A stretch of 64,000 nucleotides of DNA from Octopus sinensis (Eukaryota), in assembly GCF_006345805.1 (NCBI RefSeq), contig NC_042997.1, forward strand, positions 127,658,001 through 127,722,000, in the 5' to 3' direction. The translations under genes and the position numbers were made by a program. How positions within the stretch are numbered: position 1 is the first letter of the stretch; every line of letters begins with the position of its first letter. The notes under the pieces are model-generated. The model saw only the letters and a list, made by a program, of their open reading frames with translations, was not told the origin of the DNA and did not search any database. This document shows, in pieces, positions 25,706-38,999 of the stretch.

Positions 25706-26090
25706 GCGCAGAAGTGGCTGTGTGGTAAGTAGCTTGCTTACCAACCACATGGTTCTGAATTCAGTCCCACTGCGTGGCACCTTGGGCAAGTGTCTTCTAC
25801 TATAGCCTCAGGCCGACCAAAGCCTTGTGAGTGGATTTGGTAGACTGAAATTGAAAGAAGCCCATCGTATATATGTATAAATATATATGTATGTGTGTCT
25901 GTATCCCCGCAACATAGCTTCTCAACCGATGCTGGTGTGTTTATGTCCCCGTATCCTAGCGGTTTGGCAAAACAGACCGATAGAATAAGTACTTGGCTTA
26001 CAAAGAATAAGTTCTGGGGTCAATTTGCTCAACTAAAGGCGGTGCTCCAGCATGACCGCCGTCAAATAACTGAAACAAGTAAAGAGAGTA
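25706..26090 (+). mobile_element. SINE family A, full length (older inverted partial copy at ~25545-25672)
   Basis: Colinear with the other family A copies. Confidence 0.9.
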
Positions 26091-26650
26091 TTGGAATAGC
26101 TCTCTGTTTTTAGTATATAATTTTACCTATGAGACAGTTACCTGTTATGAGGCAAGTGATAAAGGTGTAGCACACTAACACCATCTTCATCAGTGTTTAT
26201 GTAATTATTCTTTCAGAATTTTTTGGAATCGTCCATTATCGAGATCACTTTAGGGAAGCAATTTCGAGGGGATTAAAAAGAGAGCTAGAAGGCCATTTAC
26301 ACCTGGAGGTGAATTCATACAACATTTTATTAATTCAACCACATGCTGTTTAGTCAAGTCCATGTCAGTGCTTAGTTGGTGTTAGTTGGAGTTATCTGCC
26401 AGAAGATCAACTCTTGTGTTTTGATCTTTATTTCCTTCCATATCTATTGCAAAAGAGGAAAAAGATATTTCCAAAGTTTTCTAGGTTGGAAATGAAGTAA
26501 TATGCTGGAAAATGGATGTGGTCTGGGAAATTAATGTTAAACTTACATGGAATGTTAAAATATGAAAAAATCGTTGGAAAGAATGGTAATGCCATCGGAT
26601 ATATAGGAATTTGTCCCACTTGAAGTTAGAATAATGAAATTTTATTGAAA

Positions 26651-26681
<31 letters not shown>

Positions 26682-26971
26682 TTATGTATATATAGTATAT
26701 ATACATACATATATATTATGTGTATGTATATATACATGTATATATATATATATACACACACACTCATATGTGTATATACATATATATCACACACATATAT
26801 GTGAATATACATATATATACACTCACATATATATGGATATACTTATACATATACATAAATAATATATATATGTACATATATATGGGTTGAGGTATGTATC
26901 CACATTTACTATTATGTATGCATATTGCTTTTTTGCTTTTAGAATGTATTGTTAAAGTCTGACATGTATGC

Positions 26972-27022
<51 letters not shown>

Positions 27023-27064
27023 CCCACATATATCATCATCATCATCATATATATATATATATAT

Positions 27065-27095
<31 letters not shown>

Positions 27096-28147
27096 CATAC
27101 ATACATACATACATACATACATACATAAATGCATATGTATATATGAATGTAGATTGATAAATAGACAGATAAATGGACAGACATGTATGTAGGTAGGAAG
27201 GTGGGTGTTTGTGTGCATGTATATGTGTGTATACGTCCATATATGTGTGTATGCATGTGTGCATGTGTACATATGTATGTGTATGTGAGTTGCAGTTTTT
27301 GAGGTAAGTAGCGATATTACGTGACATAAACAATATTTTACAGATAAATTCTTTCTGTTACAAAAGACTACATCAGTTATCACTGTCCTGCAAAAGGCTA
27401 AAACCTAACACATATGTCTGGCAGCCAGGCAGCAATTCAGTTGGAAATATACTGGAGATTTGACAGAGACGCATCGCCCACTTATAAAAGCTAGGGGTTA
27501 CTTCATAAATTTAGGCCATAGCATCTAAAATAGTAGTTATATCCCAATGATAAAAATACTGTAAGTCACAGAAAATGCTGTTGTTCATTTTTCTATATAT
27601 TATGATAAGTCTAAGATATAGAAGGAAGAAAACCAGAAAGTTGGCATATTTATTCCAAGTATTTCTGCAATTTCTTCAATAGACACCAATTCAATAATCG
27701 ATAGGAATCATCCCAAAATTCAGATTGAAAGAAATCAATAACAATTTAGTGAGATTCTGGTGATTTATTGAATAAATAAATAGATTTCAGAATGGATGTT
27801 TGTTGAATGGCGGAGTTATGTCTGTATATGTGTGGTTTAACTTGAATGGAAATAGTCTATACAGTATAGTTAATATCTTGTACCATACTGACTCTACTGA
27901 CTGTATACTAGCACAGTATATGTGATCCACTTTAGTATTCAGTATATGTGATGTACTGTGCTGTTCAGTAATTGTAATATATTGTATAACATATGCAATA
28001 GACTTTACTGTACAGTATAATATACAACTAGTATACTGTTCAGTAGGTGTACGGATGTATTGTACTGACTGCACAGGACACTCTATGTGGTGTTCTGTAA
28101 TGTTTAGTAAAATGTGATTTTTCCATTCTGTTCAATAGATGTGATAT

Positions 28148-28567
28148 CATGTGATATCATGTGATCATATGATCGACCAGGCTGTCTGTCGGATGTTGTT
28201 ATAATTCACTAGTCACAATGTCCTTTGCTTCGTTTTAGGTTTCGAATGATGCCTCCCCAATGGCTAGCTGAAGCAGGCCAACATTGCCCCCCCCCCCCAC
28301 CACCACCATCACCACCACCACTACCATCACCACCACTATCACCACCACCATTGCTGCCGCCGCCGCCACCACCATCAGCACCACTGCCACCACCACTGAT
28401 CAGAAGGCTAGTCTGTCACAAGGTATCTATTTACAGCTGAATAAACTGGAGCAATGTGAAATGAACTGTTTTACTCAAGAACACAATGTGCAGCCAGTCT
28501 GGGAATTGAAACCATGATCTTATGATCGTTAGCTCAACACTCTAACCACTAGACCATGTGCCTTCAC
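28148..28567 (-). mobile_element. SINE with family C head, internal (CCA)n expansion, 11-bp TSD
   Basis: TSD agatgtgatat at 28137-28147 and 28568-28578; inserted in a degenerate ctgttcagtagatgtgatgtattgta minisatellite (~27860-28700). Confidence 0.8.
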
Positions 28568-28696
28568 AGATGTGATATACTGTATAAGGAATGTGATAAA
28601 CTGTACTATATATGGTGTGTGAGTTTACTATTCAGTAGATGTGACGTATTGTACTGTTCTGTACGAACTGTATAACATATGTAATGTATAACATAT

Positions 28697-29177
28697 ACTG
28701 CCAGTGGCACGTAAAAAGCATCATTCGAGCATGATCATTACCAGCATTGGCTTACTGGCACTTGTGACCTGCTGTGCTTGAGAAGACCTATTGAGTCAAG
28801 TGCATCAACATCAAAATAAATATCAAATGGAAATTGTAGTTGTGATATCCATGCTGGTGGCACGTAAAAAGCACCATCTGAATGTGGCTGATGCCAGCGC
28901 CACCTTGACTGGCGTCCGTGCCAGTGGCATGTGAAAAGCACCAACTGATCATAGACGTTGCCAGCCTCCTCTGGCCTCTGTGCCGGTGGCATGTAAAAAG
29001 CACCCACTGCACTCATGGAGTGGTTGGCATTAGGAAGGGCATCCATCTGTAGAAACACTGCCTGATCAGAATAGAGCCTGGTACTGCCTCCTGGCTTCCC
29101 AGACCCCGGTTGAACCGTCCAACCCATGCTAGCATGAAATACGGACGTTAAACGATGATGATGATGATGATGATGAT
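28697..29177 (+). mobile_element. SINE family E
   Basis: Sub-repeats ggtggcacgtaaaaagcacc plus the family 3' end and (gat)n. Confidence 0.88.
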
Positions 29178-29724
29178 CTCACACTGATAGACCAGCCATG
29201 CTAGTTACTGAGACTTAAAGTGTTATTGGCTATGTAGACATTCTAATAACATGGTGAGCTGACAGAATCATTAGTATGACATTATAAAATGCTTAATGGC
29301 ATTTGTTCAGGCTCTCTTTATCTTGTGAATACAGAGGCCACTGAGGGCAACATTGCTTTTCATCCCTTCGGGGTCAATAAAATAAAATAAAGTGCCAGTC
29401 TGGGGAAGTTTTCAGTAGGAGTGTCTAGTTTCTCTTACCCAATGGTTTAATTAGTATTGAAGGTGATTCTAATGATTGTAGTGTAGGTAGAGAAAAAAAG
29501 AATAAAACTGGTTCTAAGTCAGTGTTTTAACTGGCAACCAAACAGGTCTATTCCCAATACAAACATATTTACCCATGTATATGGGGTGTAATACTTCTTG
29601 TTTATTACTGAGATATAAATGTTGTATGAATTATATACATATATGTATATGTATATATATATATGTATATATATGTATGTATATATATATGTATATGTAT
29701 ATATATATACATATATGTATAATG

Positions 29725-29755
<31 letters not shown>

Positions 29756-30035
29756 GTATATACATATGTATATATATATATATATATATAACATAAGGGG
29801 GATCAGCCATCTGAATGTGGCTAGGGTCAGGGCGGGGTGGTGGGGGTGTTACTGATGCATTTAGCCCCAGGCGAACATCAACGTCACCAGAAGAGCTGAC
29901 ACCATCTCGGTGTCCTTGCCAGCCTGCAAAGGGAGATCAGCCTCCCTGAAGATACGGATACGGATACTACACACGGACCGGTTTCGCTCAGAGATTTATT
30001 ATTGTTTATATATATGTATATATATATATATATAT

Positions 30036-30447
30036 CTTTTACTCTTTTACATGTTTCAGTCATTTGATTGTGGCCATGCTGGAGCACCACCTTTAGTCGA
30101 GCAAATCGACCCCGGGACTTATTCTTTGTAAGCCCAGTACTTATTTAATCGGTCTCTTTTGCCGAACCGCTAAGTGACGGGGACGTAAACACACCAGCAT
30201 CGGTTGTCAAGCAATGCTAGGGGGACAAACACAGACACACAAACACACACAGACATACATATATATATATATATACATATATACGACAGGCTTCTTTCAG
30301 TTTCAGTCTACCAAATCCACTCACAAGGCATTGGTCGGCCCGGGGCTATAGCAGAAGACATTTGCCCAAGATTCCACGCAGTGGGACTGAACCCGGAACC
30401 ATGTGGTTGGTAAGCAGGCTACTTACCACACAGCCACTCCTGTGCCT
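30036..30447 (-). mobile_element. SINE family A, full length, young
   Basis: Near-consensus, CpGs retained. Confidence 0.92.
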
Positions 30448-30454
30448 ATATATG

Positions 30455-30485
<31 letters not shown>

Positions 30486-30486
30486 T

Positions 30487-32898
30487 GCTGTGCATGAGAG
30501 GACCCGGCAGGACTAGTCAGGCCATATCCCGTGGCCCCTACCTGAGACGTAGTCGATCCACCTGTGCATACCTTCCTTCTTGTGACACTTGTGAAGACCT
30601 GCTGAGGCAAGTGAAAATCAATCAAAATAGATGAACATCAATGGAATTTGTATCTTTGTGGTACCAGTGCCTGTGGCACACAAGAAAACCATCCGAACGT
30701 GGCCGTAGCCAGTACCGCATCGACTGGCCTCCGTGCTGTGGGAACATGGTGGCACATAAAAACACCATCCGAAGACCCGGCAAGACTAGTCAGGTCATAA
30801 CCCGTGGGCCCTACCTGGGACGTAGTCAGTCCACCTGTACATACCTTCCTTCTTGTGACACTTGTGAAGACCTGTTGAGGCAAGTGAAAATCAAAACAAA
30901 TCAAAATAGATGAACATCAATGGAATTTGTATCTTTGTGGTATCAGTGCCGGTGGCACACAAGAATCCATCCAAACGTGGCCGTAGTCAGTACCGCTTGT
31001 GGTACCAGTGCCGGTGGCACACAAGAATCCATCCGAACGTGGCCGTAGTCAGTACCGCATCACTGGCCATCGTGCTGTGGGCACATAACAAACACCATCC
31101 GGTCGTGGCCGTTCGCCAGCCTCATCTAGCACCTGTGTCGGTGGCACATAAAAAGTAGTCAGTACCGCTTGTGGTACCAGTGCCGGTGGTACGCAAGAAT
31201 CCATCCGAACATGGCCGTAGTCAGTACCGCATCACTGGCCATCGTGCTGTGGGCACATAACAAACACCATCCGGTCGTGGCCGTTCGCCAGCCTCATCTA
31301 GCACCTGTGTCGGTGGCACATAAAAACACCATCCGAAGACCCGGCAAGACTAGTCAGGCCATAAACCATGGCCCCTACCTGGGACGTAGTCAGTCCACCT
31401 GTGCATACCTTCCTCCTTGTGATACTTGTGAAGGCCTGTTGAGGCAAGTGAAAATCAAAATCAAAATCAAAATCAAATCAAAACAAATCAAAATAGATGA
31501 ACATCAATGGAATTTGTATCTTTGTGGTACCAGTGCCGGTGGCACACAAGAGAAAACCATCCGAAAGTGGCCGTAGCCAGTACCGCATCGACTGGCCTCC
31601 GTTCTGTGGGCACATGACAAACACCATCCGATCGTGGCCGTTCGCCAGCCTCATCTAGCACCTGTGTCGGTGGCACATAAAAACACCATCCGAAGACCCG
31701 GCAAGACTAGTCAGGCCATAACCCATGGCCCCTACCTGGGACGTAGTCAGTCCACCTGTGCATACCTTCCTTCTTGTGACACTTGTGAAGACCTGTTGAG
31801 GCAAGTGAAAATCAAAATCAAAATCAAAACAAATCAAAATAGATGAACATCAATGGAATCTGTATCTTTGTGGTACCAGTGCCGGTGGCACACAAGAGAA
31901 CCATCCGAACGTAGCCGTAGCCAGTTCCGCATCGACCGGCCTCCGTGCTGTGGGCACGTAACAAACACCATCCGATCATGGCCATTCGCCAGCCTCATCT
32001 GGCACCTGTGTCGGTGGCACATAAAAACACCTTCCGAAGACCCGGCAAGACTAGTCAGTCCACCTGTGCATACCTTCCTTCTTGTGACACTTGTGAAGAC
32101 CGGTTGAGGCAAGTGAAAATCAAATCAAATCAAATCAAATCAAAATAGACAAAATAGATGAACATCAATGGAATTTGTATCTTGTGGTACCAGTGCCTGT
32201 GGCACACAAGAAATCCATCAGTGCTGTAGTCAGTGCGGTGGGCACATGACAAACACCATCCGATCGTGGCCGTTCGCCAGCCTCATCTAGCACCTGTGTC
32301 GGTGGCACATAAAAACACCATCCGAAGACCCGGCAAGACTAGTCAGGCCATAACCCATGGCCCCTACCTGGGACGTAGTCAGTCCACCTGTGCATACCTT
32401 CCTTCTTGTGACACTTGTGAAGACCTGTTGAGGCAAGTGAAAATCAAATCAAATCAAAACAAATCAAAATAGATGAACATCAATGGAATTTGTATCTTTG
32501 TGGTACCAGTGCCGGTGGCACGTGGTACACAAGAAAACCATCCGAACGTGGCCGTAGCCAGTACCGCATCGACTGGCCTCCGTGCTGTGGGCACGTAACA
32601 AGCACCATCCGATCGTGGCCGTTTGCCAGCCTCATCTGGCACCTGTGTCGGTGGCACATAAAAAACACCATCCGAGCGTGGCCGTTTGCCAGCCTCGTCT
32701 GGCACCTGTGTCGGTGGCACATAAAATCACCCACTACACTCTCGGAGTGGTTGGCGTTAGGAAGGGCATCCAGCTGTAGAAACACTGCCAGATCTGACTG
32801 GACTGGTTCAGCCTTCGGGCTCCCCAGACCCCAGTTGAACCGTCCAACCCATGCTAGCATGGAAAGCGGACGTTAAATGATGATGATGATGATGATGA
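30487..32898 (+). repeat. Six-unit tandem multimer of the SINE E body with a single 3' tail
   Basis: gacccggca recurs at 30501, 30774, 31338, 31695, 32039 and 32327; one family tail at ~32725-32898. Confidence 0.93.
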
Positions 32899-33047
32899 TA
32901 TATATATGTATGTATATATATATGTATGTATATATATATGTATGTATATATGTATATATATATATATATATATGCATATATATATGTATGTATATATATA
33001 TGTATGTATATATGTATTATATATATATATATATATATATGTGTATA

Positions 33048-33099
<52 letters not shown>

Positions 33100-33101
<2 letters not shown>

Positions 33102-33421
33102 TGGCTCAGTGGTTAGAGCGTCGAGCTTACGATCGTGAGGTTGTGAGCTCGAATCCCGGACCGGGCTGCGTGTTGTATTCTCGAGCAAGGCACTTTATTT
33201 CACGTTGCTCCAGTTCACTCAGCTGTAGAAATGAGTTGCGACGTCACAGGTGCCAAGCTGTATCGACCTTTGTCTTTCCCTTGGATAACACTGGTGGCGT
33301 GGAGAGGGGAGGCTGGTATGCATGGGCGACTGCTGGCCTTCCATAAACAACCTTGCCCGGACTTGTGTCTGGGAGGGTAACTTTCTAGGTGCAATCCCAT
33401 GGTCATTCATGACCGAAGGGG

Positions 33422-33426
<5 letters not shown>
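33100..33426 (+). mobile_element. tRNA-derived SINE with family C head and a different 3' tail
   Basis: tggctcagtggttagagcg...gctcgaatcc head, cactttatttcacgttgctccagttcactcagctg core; tail not seen in the other C copies. Confidence 0.85.
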
Positions 33427-33472
<46 letters not shown>

Positions 33473-33477
33473 ATATA

Positions 33478-33521
<44 letters not shown>

Positions 33522-35003
33522 ATACCTACCGCTTTCCATGCTAGCATGGGTTGGACAATTAGCTGCACCAGGCTCCAATCTTGATCTTGCAGAGTTTCTA
33601 CAGCTGGATGCCCTTCCTAAAGCCAACCACTTTGAAAGTGTAGTGGGTGCTTTTATGTGCCACTGGCATGGAAGCCAGTTAGCTGCTCTGGCAATGATCA
33701 CACTCGGATGGTGCTCTTAGCACTCCACTAGCATGGATGCCAGTCATTGAATTTGATCTCGATTTCGATTTCCATATTGAAAAATGTTTTAACTGATATA
33801 TATATAAGCACATAAATATGCAGGATACATACATACAGATGCACACACATACATATATACATATGCATACACACACATATATACATACACATGCAAACAT
33901 ACACACATACATGCATGCATGTATAGGCACACCACACACACACACATGCGCACAAACAAACAAAAGGGAATGCAGTGTAAATAACGGACAGAGTGAAGAC
34001 TATTGAAAAGGTTGCAAAAATTTTAGGAAAATAAAAATGAGAAATAAGTGGAAATTTTACTGGTGAGTGTGTTACATTATAAGGCACAAAAAGGAAATGA
34101 CTCTCCCCAGATACAACAGAATATGCTTCAACACATGAACTCATATAAAGAATCTTGCAAACCAAATCCAAAAACGAAATATATATATATATATCATCAT
34201 CATCATCATCATTAAAAATGGCTTTCTGATCATTTTTCCACTTTAATAATTAGATGTTTATAAGTTTACAAAAGATGAGTCTGATGGGAATTTCTCAATT
34301 ATAAGTGGTTTTCAAACTGATATTTTAGAGTAAGAAGCTCCTAGCAAAGTCACCTTTTGTAAACTTATAAATATCTAATTATTAAAGTTGAAAAATTATC
34401 ACAAAAGTCAGTTCTCTTCATTGTTTTTGTTTTTTTTTCAAATATATATTACTGTACCAAGGATTTTCATTTTCATTTTCTATTTTCAAAACTATTATTT
34501 CTATTAACAAAGCTAACATGAAGACAATGGATCATGGTGGAGTATGAGATAGCAGACTCTTTCATAACTATGTAAGAAGGGAATAAACAATTGGATATAT
34601 AATATGAAAAATATATATGTCTGTATATATATGTTTTATGCATATACATATGCACAATATATATATATATATAAATTAGAAAAACCACCTTTTATCAATT
34701 CAAAATGAACAATTAAATTACACCATCTAAAAAATTACATATAATAGAAATATTAAAATTAAAATAACAATAATATAGCAATGATTAAAACGTATGTATG
34801 GTGTAATTTAATTGTTCATTTTGAATTGATAAAAGGTGGTTTTTCTAATTTTTATATATATATATTATATTTTGTGAAATTTGATTTAGTATTTCTAAAT
34901 TGAATTTTCCCCTGTAAGTTAGGAATAATATTCCCTCAAATAATTATTATATATATATCTATACAGTCTTGTTTTTTTTTTATCTTATTACGCAAAAAAT
35001 TCT

Positions 35004-35037
<34 letters not shown>

Positions 35038-35134
35038 TGTATGTATGTATGTATGTATGTATGTATGTATTTGCTATTCTGCATCAAATTCAGTATATAA
35101 ACAACACACATACACTGTGTATGTGCAATTGATA

Positions 35135-35168
<34 letters not shown>

Positions 35169-35849
35169 TATGTATGTTTTTATATGCATAAACACATACA
35201 TATAGACATATGTTATTCATATTATATATCCAACTGTTTATTCCCTCCTCCTCACACACTTATGAAAGAATCTACTATCTCATTCCCTACCATGATCCAC
35301 TGTCTTCATCCTCATGTTCACCTTTTTTTTTCCTTGTTTCTTGAGAGTTTGCTCTAGCATCCCCGTCACTATCATCCTCTTATCTCCTTCAGCTATATAT
35401 TTCTGCTGTAGCCAGACACCTGCTTGTTCCTGCCAAAGATGACACTGGAATTTGACACAGCCCTGCAGCTCACCTGTTCCTTGTCAAACTGTTCTACCTA
35501 TACCAGCATAGAAAGGGGGACATTAAATGATGAGGATGAAGCAGAGTAAGATAATGATGATGGTGATGATGATGATGATACATGAATTACTCTTAGCAGC
35601 CGAACAACACAGAAGTGAATGTGTTCTATGATCCACTGATGTCAATCATAACCCCAAAGCAACAAATGCTTTTGCACCTGTCTGGGTAGAGAATTCCCCA
35701 CCAGAATAATTACCACTGCAAAAGGTCTTGTCATGTCCATATCCAATTAAATGAATTAGATATGAGTTTGCACAAATATATATTATTCATCGCTTCAGTG
35801 TCCATTTAAAAGTACCTGTTTAAAAGTACCCTTCAATTGTTGGGTAATA

Positions 35850-36244
35850 TACTGTGCTTGAGAAGACCTGTTGAGTCAAGTGAAACCATTGTCATGGCCG
35901 ATGCCAGTACCACCTGACTCCCACCTGTACTGGTGGTACATAAAAAGTATCATTTAAGTGTGATCGATGCCAGTGCCACTTGACTGGCTCCTGTGCCAGT
36001 GAAATGTAAAAAGTGCCACCTGACTGGCTCCCATGGCAGTGGCACGTAAAAAGCACCATTCAAGTATGGTTGATACCACTGCTGCCTGACTGGCATGTAT
36101 AAAGCACCCAATACACTCTCAGTGTGGTTGGCACTAGAAAGGGCATCCAGCTGTAGAAACCTTGTTGGATCAGATAGGAGCCATCCAATCCATGTCAGCA
36201 TGGAAAGCAGATGTTAAATGATGATGACGATGATGATGATGATG
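35850..36244 (+). mobile_element. SINE family E (further copies at ~13860-14060, 25360-25530, 33528-33775, 43990-44115)
   Basis: actgtgcttgagaagacctgttgagtcaag start and the family 3' end. Confidence 0.85.
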
Positions 36245-36847
36245 CTTTAGGTGAGATTATTTAATTAATTCTAGCTCAACTTAAGTTTACACACATCAGC
36301 AAACATAGCATAAACTATTTCAATGAGAATAATTTTGTTCTTATTAGGATGTGAGCAACAGATTCGGTTTCCACAGCTGCCAAAGCAGAATGACATACAA
36401 ATGCACGTATCTTATGATACAATGATGTCATTCACAGTTCTCCTCACAAAATGAAGTCTAAGTGGTGAATTTTTCGCAGGACAGTTCCTGTAGTGAAGGG
36501 TCTTGTCACATCCAAATACACTGCAGGTGTGGGTATGCCATAAGATGTTTGCTTGCATATGTGTGTGTGTGTGCACATATGTGTATGTTATATGATGTAT
36601 GTATGTATAAATATGAGTGTATATGTATTGGAATAAAAAGTTTTTGGTAGTATACAGAATGGTATATTAATATTGATGAAAAAAGAAAAATTCTCTATTA
36701 TATTTAAACAAGTGCAAAAGGCCTTTGAATTATCCTTAAGAGATAAAATGAAATACTTATATACATATATGTAGTGCTTAAGAGTCAACCTCTTTGTTGC
36801 TGAGAGACACACAGACTAACATGTAGACAAAAATGTTTAAGCAGTAT

Positions 36848-37053
36848 TACTCTTTTACTCTTTTACTTGTTTCAGTCATTTGACTGTGGCCATGCTGGAG
36901 CACGCCTTTAGTCGAGCAAATTGACTCCAGGACTTATTCTTTGTAAGCCTAGTACATTTTCTATTGGTTTCTTTTGCCGAACCGCTAAGTTACAGGGAGA
37001 TAAACACACCAGCATCGGTTGTCAAGCAATGCTGGGGGGGGGACAAACACAGA

Positions 37054-37085
<32 letters not shown>

Positions 37086-37253
37086 TACACACATATACAT
37101 ATATACGATGTATCAACCAAATCTACTTACAAGGCTTTAATCAGCCCGAGGCTATAGTAGAAGACACTTGCCCAAGGTGGCACACAGTGAGACTGAAACC
37201 GGAACCATGTGGTTGGTAAGCAAACTACTTACCACACAGCCACTCCTACACCT
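36848..37253 (-). mobile_element. SINE family A
   Basis: Colinear with the family consensus, small internal deletion. Confidence 0.9.
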
Positions 37254-37355
37254 TTAATTTCTGAAAATGAGATCTTTTATACCTCTCAATAAACAATAAA
37301 CTAAGAAATGATGCCTTCATTACCTCTGACTAATTTTTCTGTTTTATTATTATAA

Positions 37356-37359
<4 letters not shown>

Positions 37360-37388
<29 letters not shown>

Positions 37389-37807
37389 TATATATGATAC
37401 ACACATGCTCACACACACACTCACACACACATATATACAATTACACACACACATTCTTTCTTTCTTTTATTCTTTTACTTGTTTCAGCCAATTGACTGCA
37501 GCCATGCTGGAGCACCGCTTTTTGTCAAGCAAATATATATTATTTATTTAAAGGACACAATACATGTCTATAAGTGTTACTAACAGTTTCATATGTTGAG
37601 AAATATCTCAAACATATTCATCAGGCACATAACGAACCATGTATGGAAAACAAAGTACACACACACACATAATTATTTGAACTTCAAATTTTTGGGACTT
37701 AGTTTAATGGTTTCATGTATTAATATATCAAGATTATTTTTCTACACAAATATACACATATGCATATGTCTACCTGTGCATATATGTGTGTGTATGTATG
37801 TGTATAC

Positions 37808-37869
<62 letters not shown>

Positions 37870-38617
37870 TAATAATAATAATAATAATATTAATAATAAT
37901 AATAATGATATGAGGGAATATAATTCCAAACTTACAGGGAAAAATTCAATTTAGAATACTAAATCAAATTTCACAAAATATAATATATATATATATATAT
38001 ATATATAAATTAGAAAAAAACCCACCTTTTATCAATTCAATAATGAAAAATTAAATTATATTATGCCATCTAGAACATTACATATTATAGAAAGATTAAA
38101 TATAAGATAAAACATATAACGATGATTAAGTAATGTGCAAAATAATAAATAAAACGTAAATATTTGTGCATGTATATATATATATATATATATATAGATA
38201 TATATGATACACACATGCTCACACACACACTCACACACACATATATACAATTACACACACACATTCTTTCTTTCTTTTATTCTTTTACTTGTTTCAGCCA
38301 ATTGACTGCAGCCATGCTGGAGCACCGCTTTTTGTCAAGCAAATATATATTATTTATTTAAAGGACACAATACATGTCTATAAGTGTTACTAACAGTTTC
38401 ATATGTTGAGAAATATCTCAAACATATTCATCAGGCACATAACGAACCATGTATGGAAAACAAAGTACACACACACACATAATTATTTGAACTTCAAATT
38501 TTTGGGACTTAGTTTAATGGTTTCATGTATTAATATATCAAGATTATTTTTCTACACAAATATACACATATGCATATGTCTACCTGTGCATATATGTGTG
38601 TGTATGTATGTGTATAC

Positions 38618-38699
<82 letters not shown>

Positions 38700-38999
38700 T
38701 TATAATAATAATAATGATATGAGGGAATATAATTCCAAACTTACAGGGAAAAATTCAATTTAGAAATACTAAATCAAATTTCACAAAATATAATATATAT
38801 ATATATATATAAATTAGAAAAAAACCCACCTTTTATCAATTCAATTATGAAAAATTAAATTATATTATGCCATCTAGAACATTACATATTATAGAAAGAT
38901 TAAATATAAGATAAAACATATAACGATGATTAAGTAATGTGCAAAATAATAAATAAAACGTAAATATTTGTGCATGTATATATATATATATATATATAT
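37360..38999. repeat. ~810-bp direct tandem duplication
   Basis: 37381 and 38191 begin identical sequence (offset 810); both ends lie in (TA)n. Confidence 0.95.

Noticed and set aside
28225-28517. Poly-proline ORF resembling formin or extensin
   Set aside because: (CCA)n expansion inside a TSD-flanked SINE.
29940-30000. GAAA-CCGG-TC half hammerhead on the minus strand and CTGAAGA on the plus strand
   Set aside because: The halves are on opposite strands and the minus-strand core is missing; at most a truncated fragment.
30638-32876. Repeated ORFs and a CRISPR-like or retrozyme-like appearance of the array
   Set aside because: Units are SINE-derived with no unique spacers and no cas genes, and frames are not conserved; CAGATGA...GAAC on the minus strand does not meet the hammerhead core.
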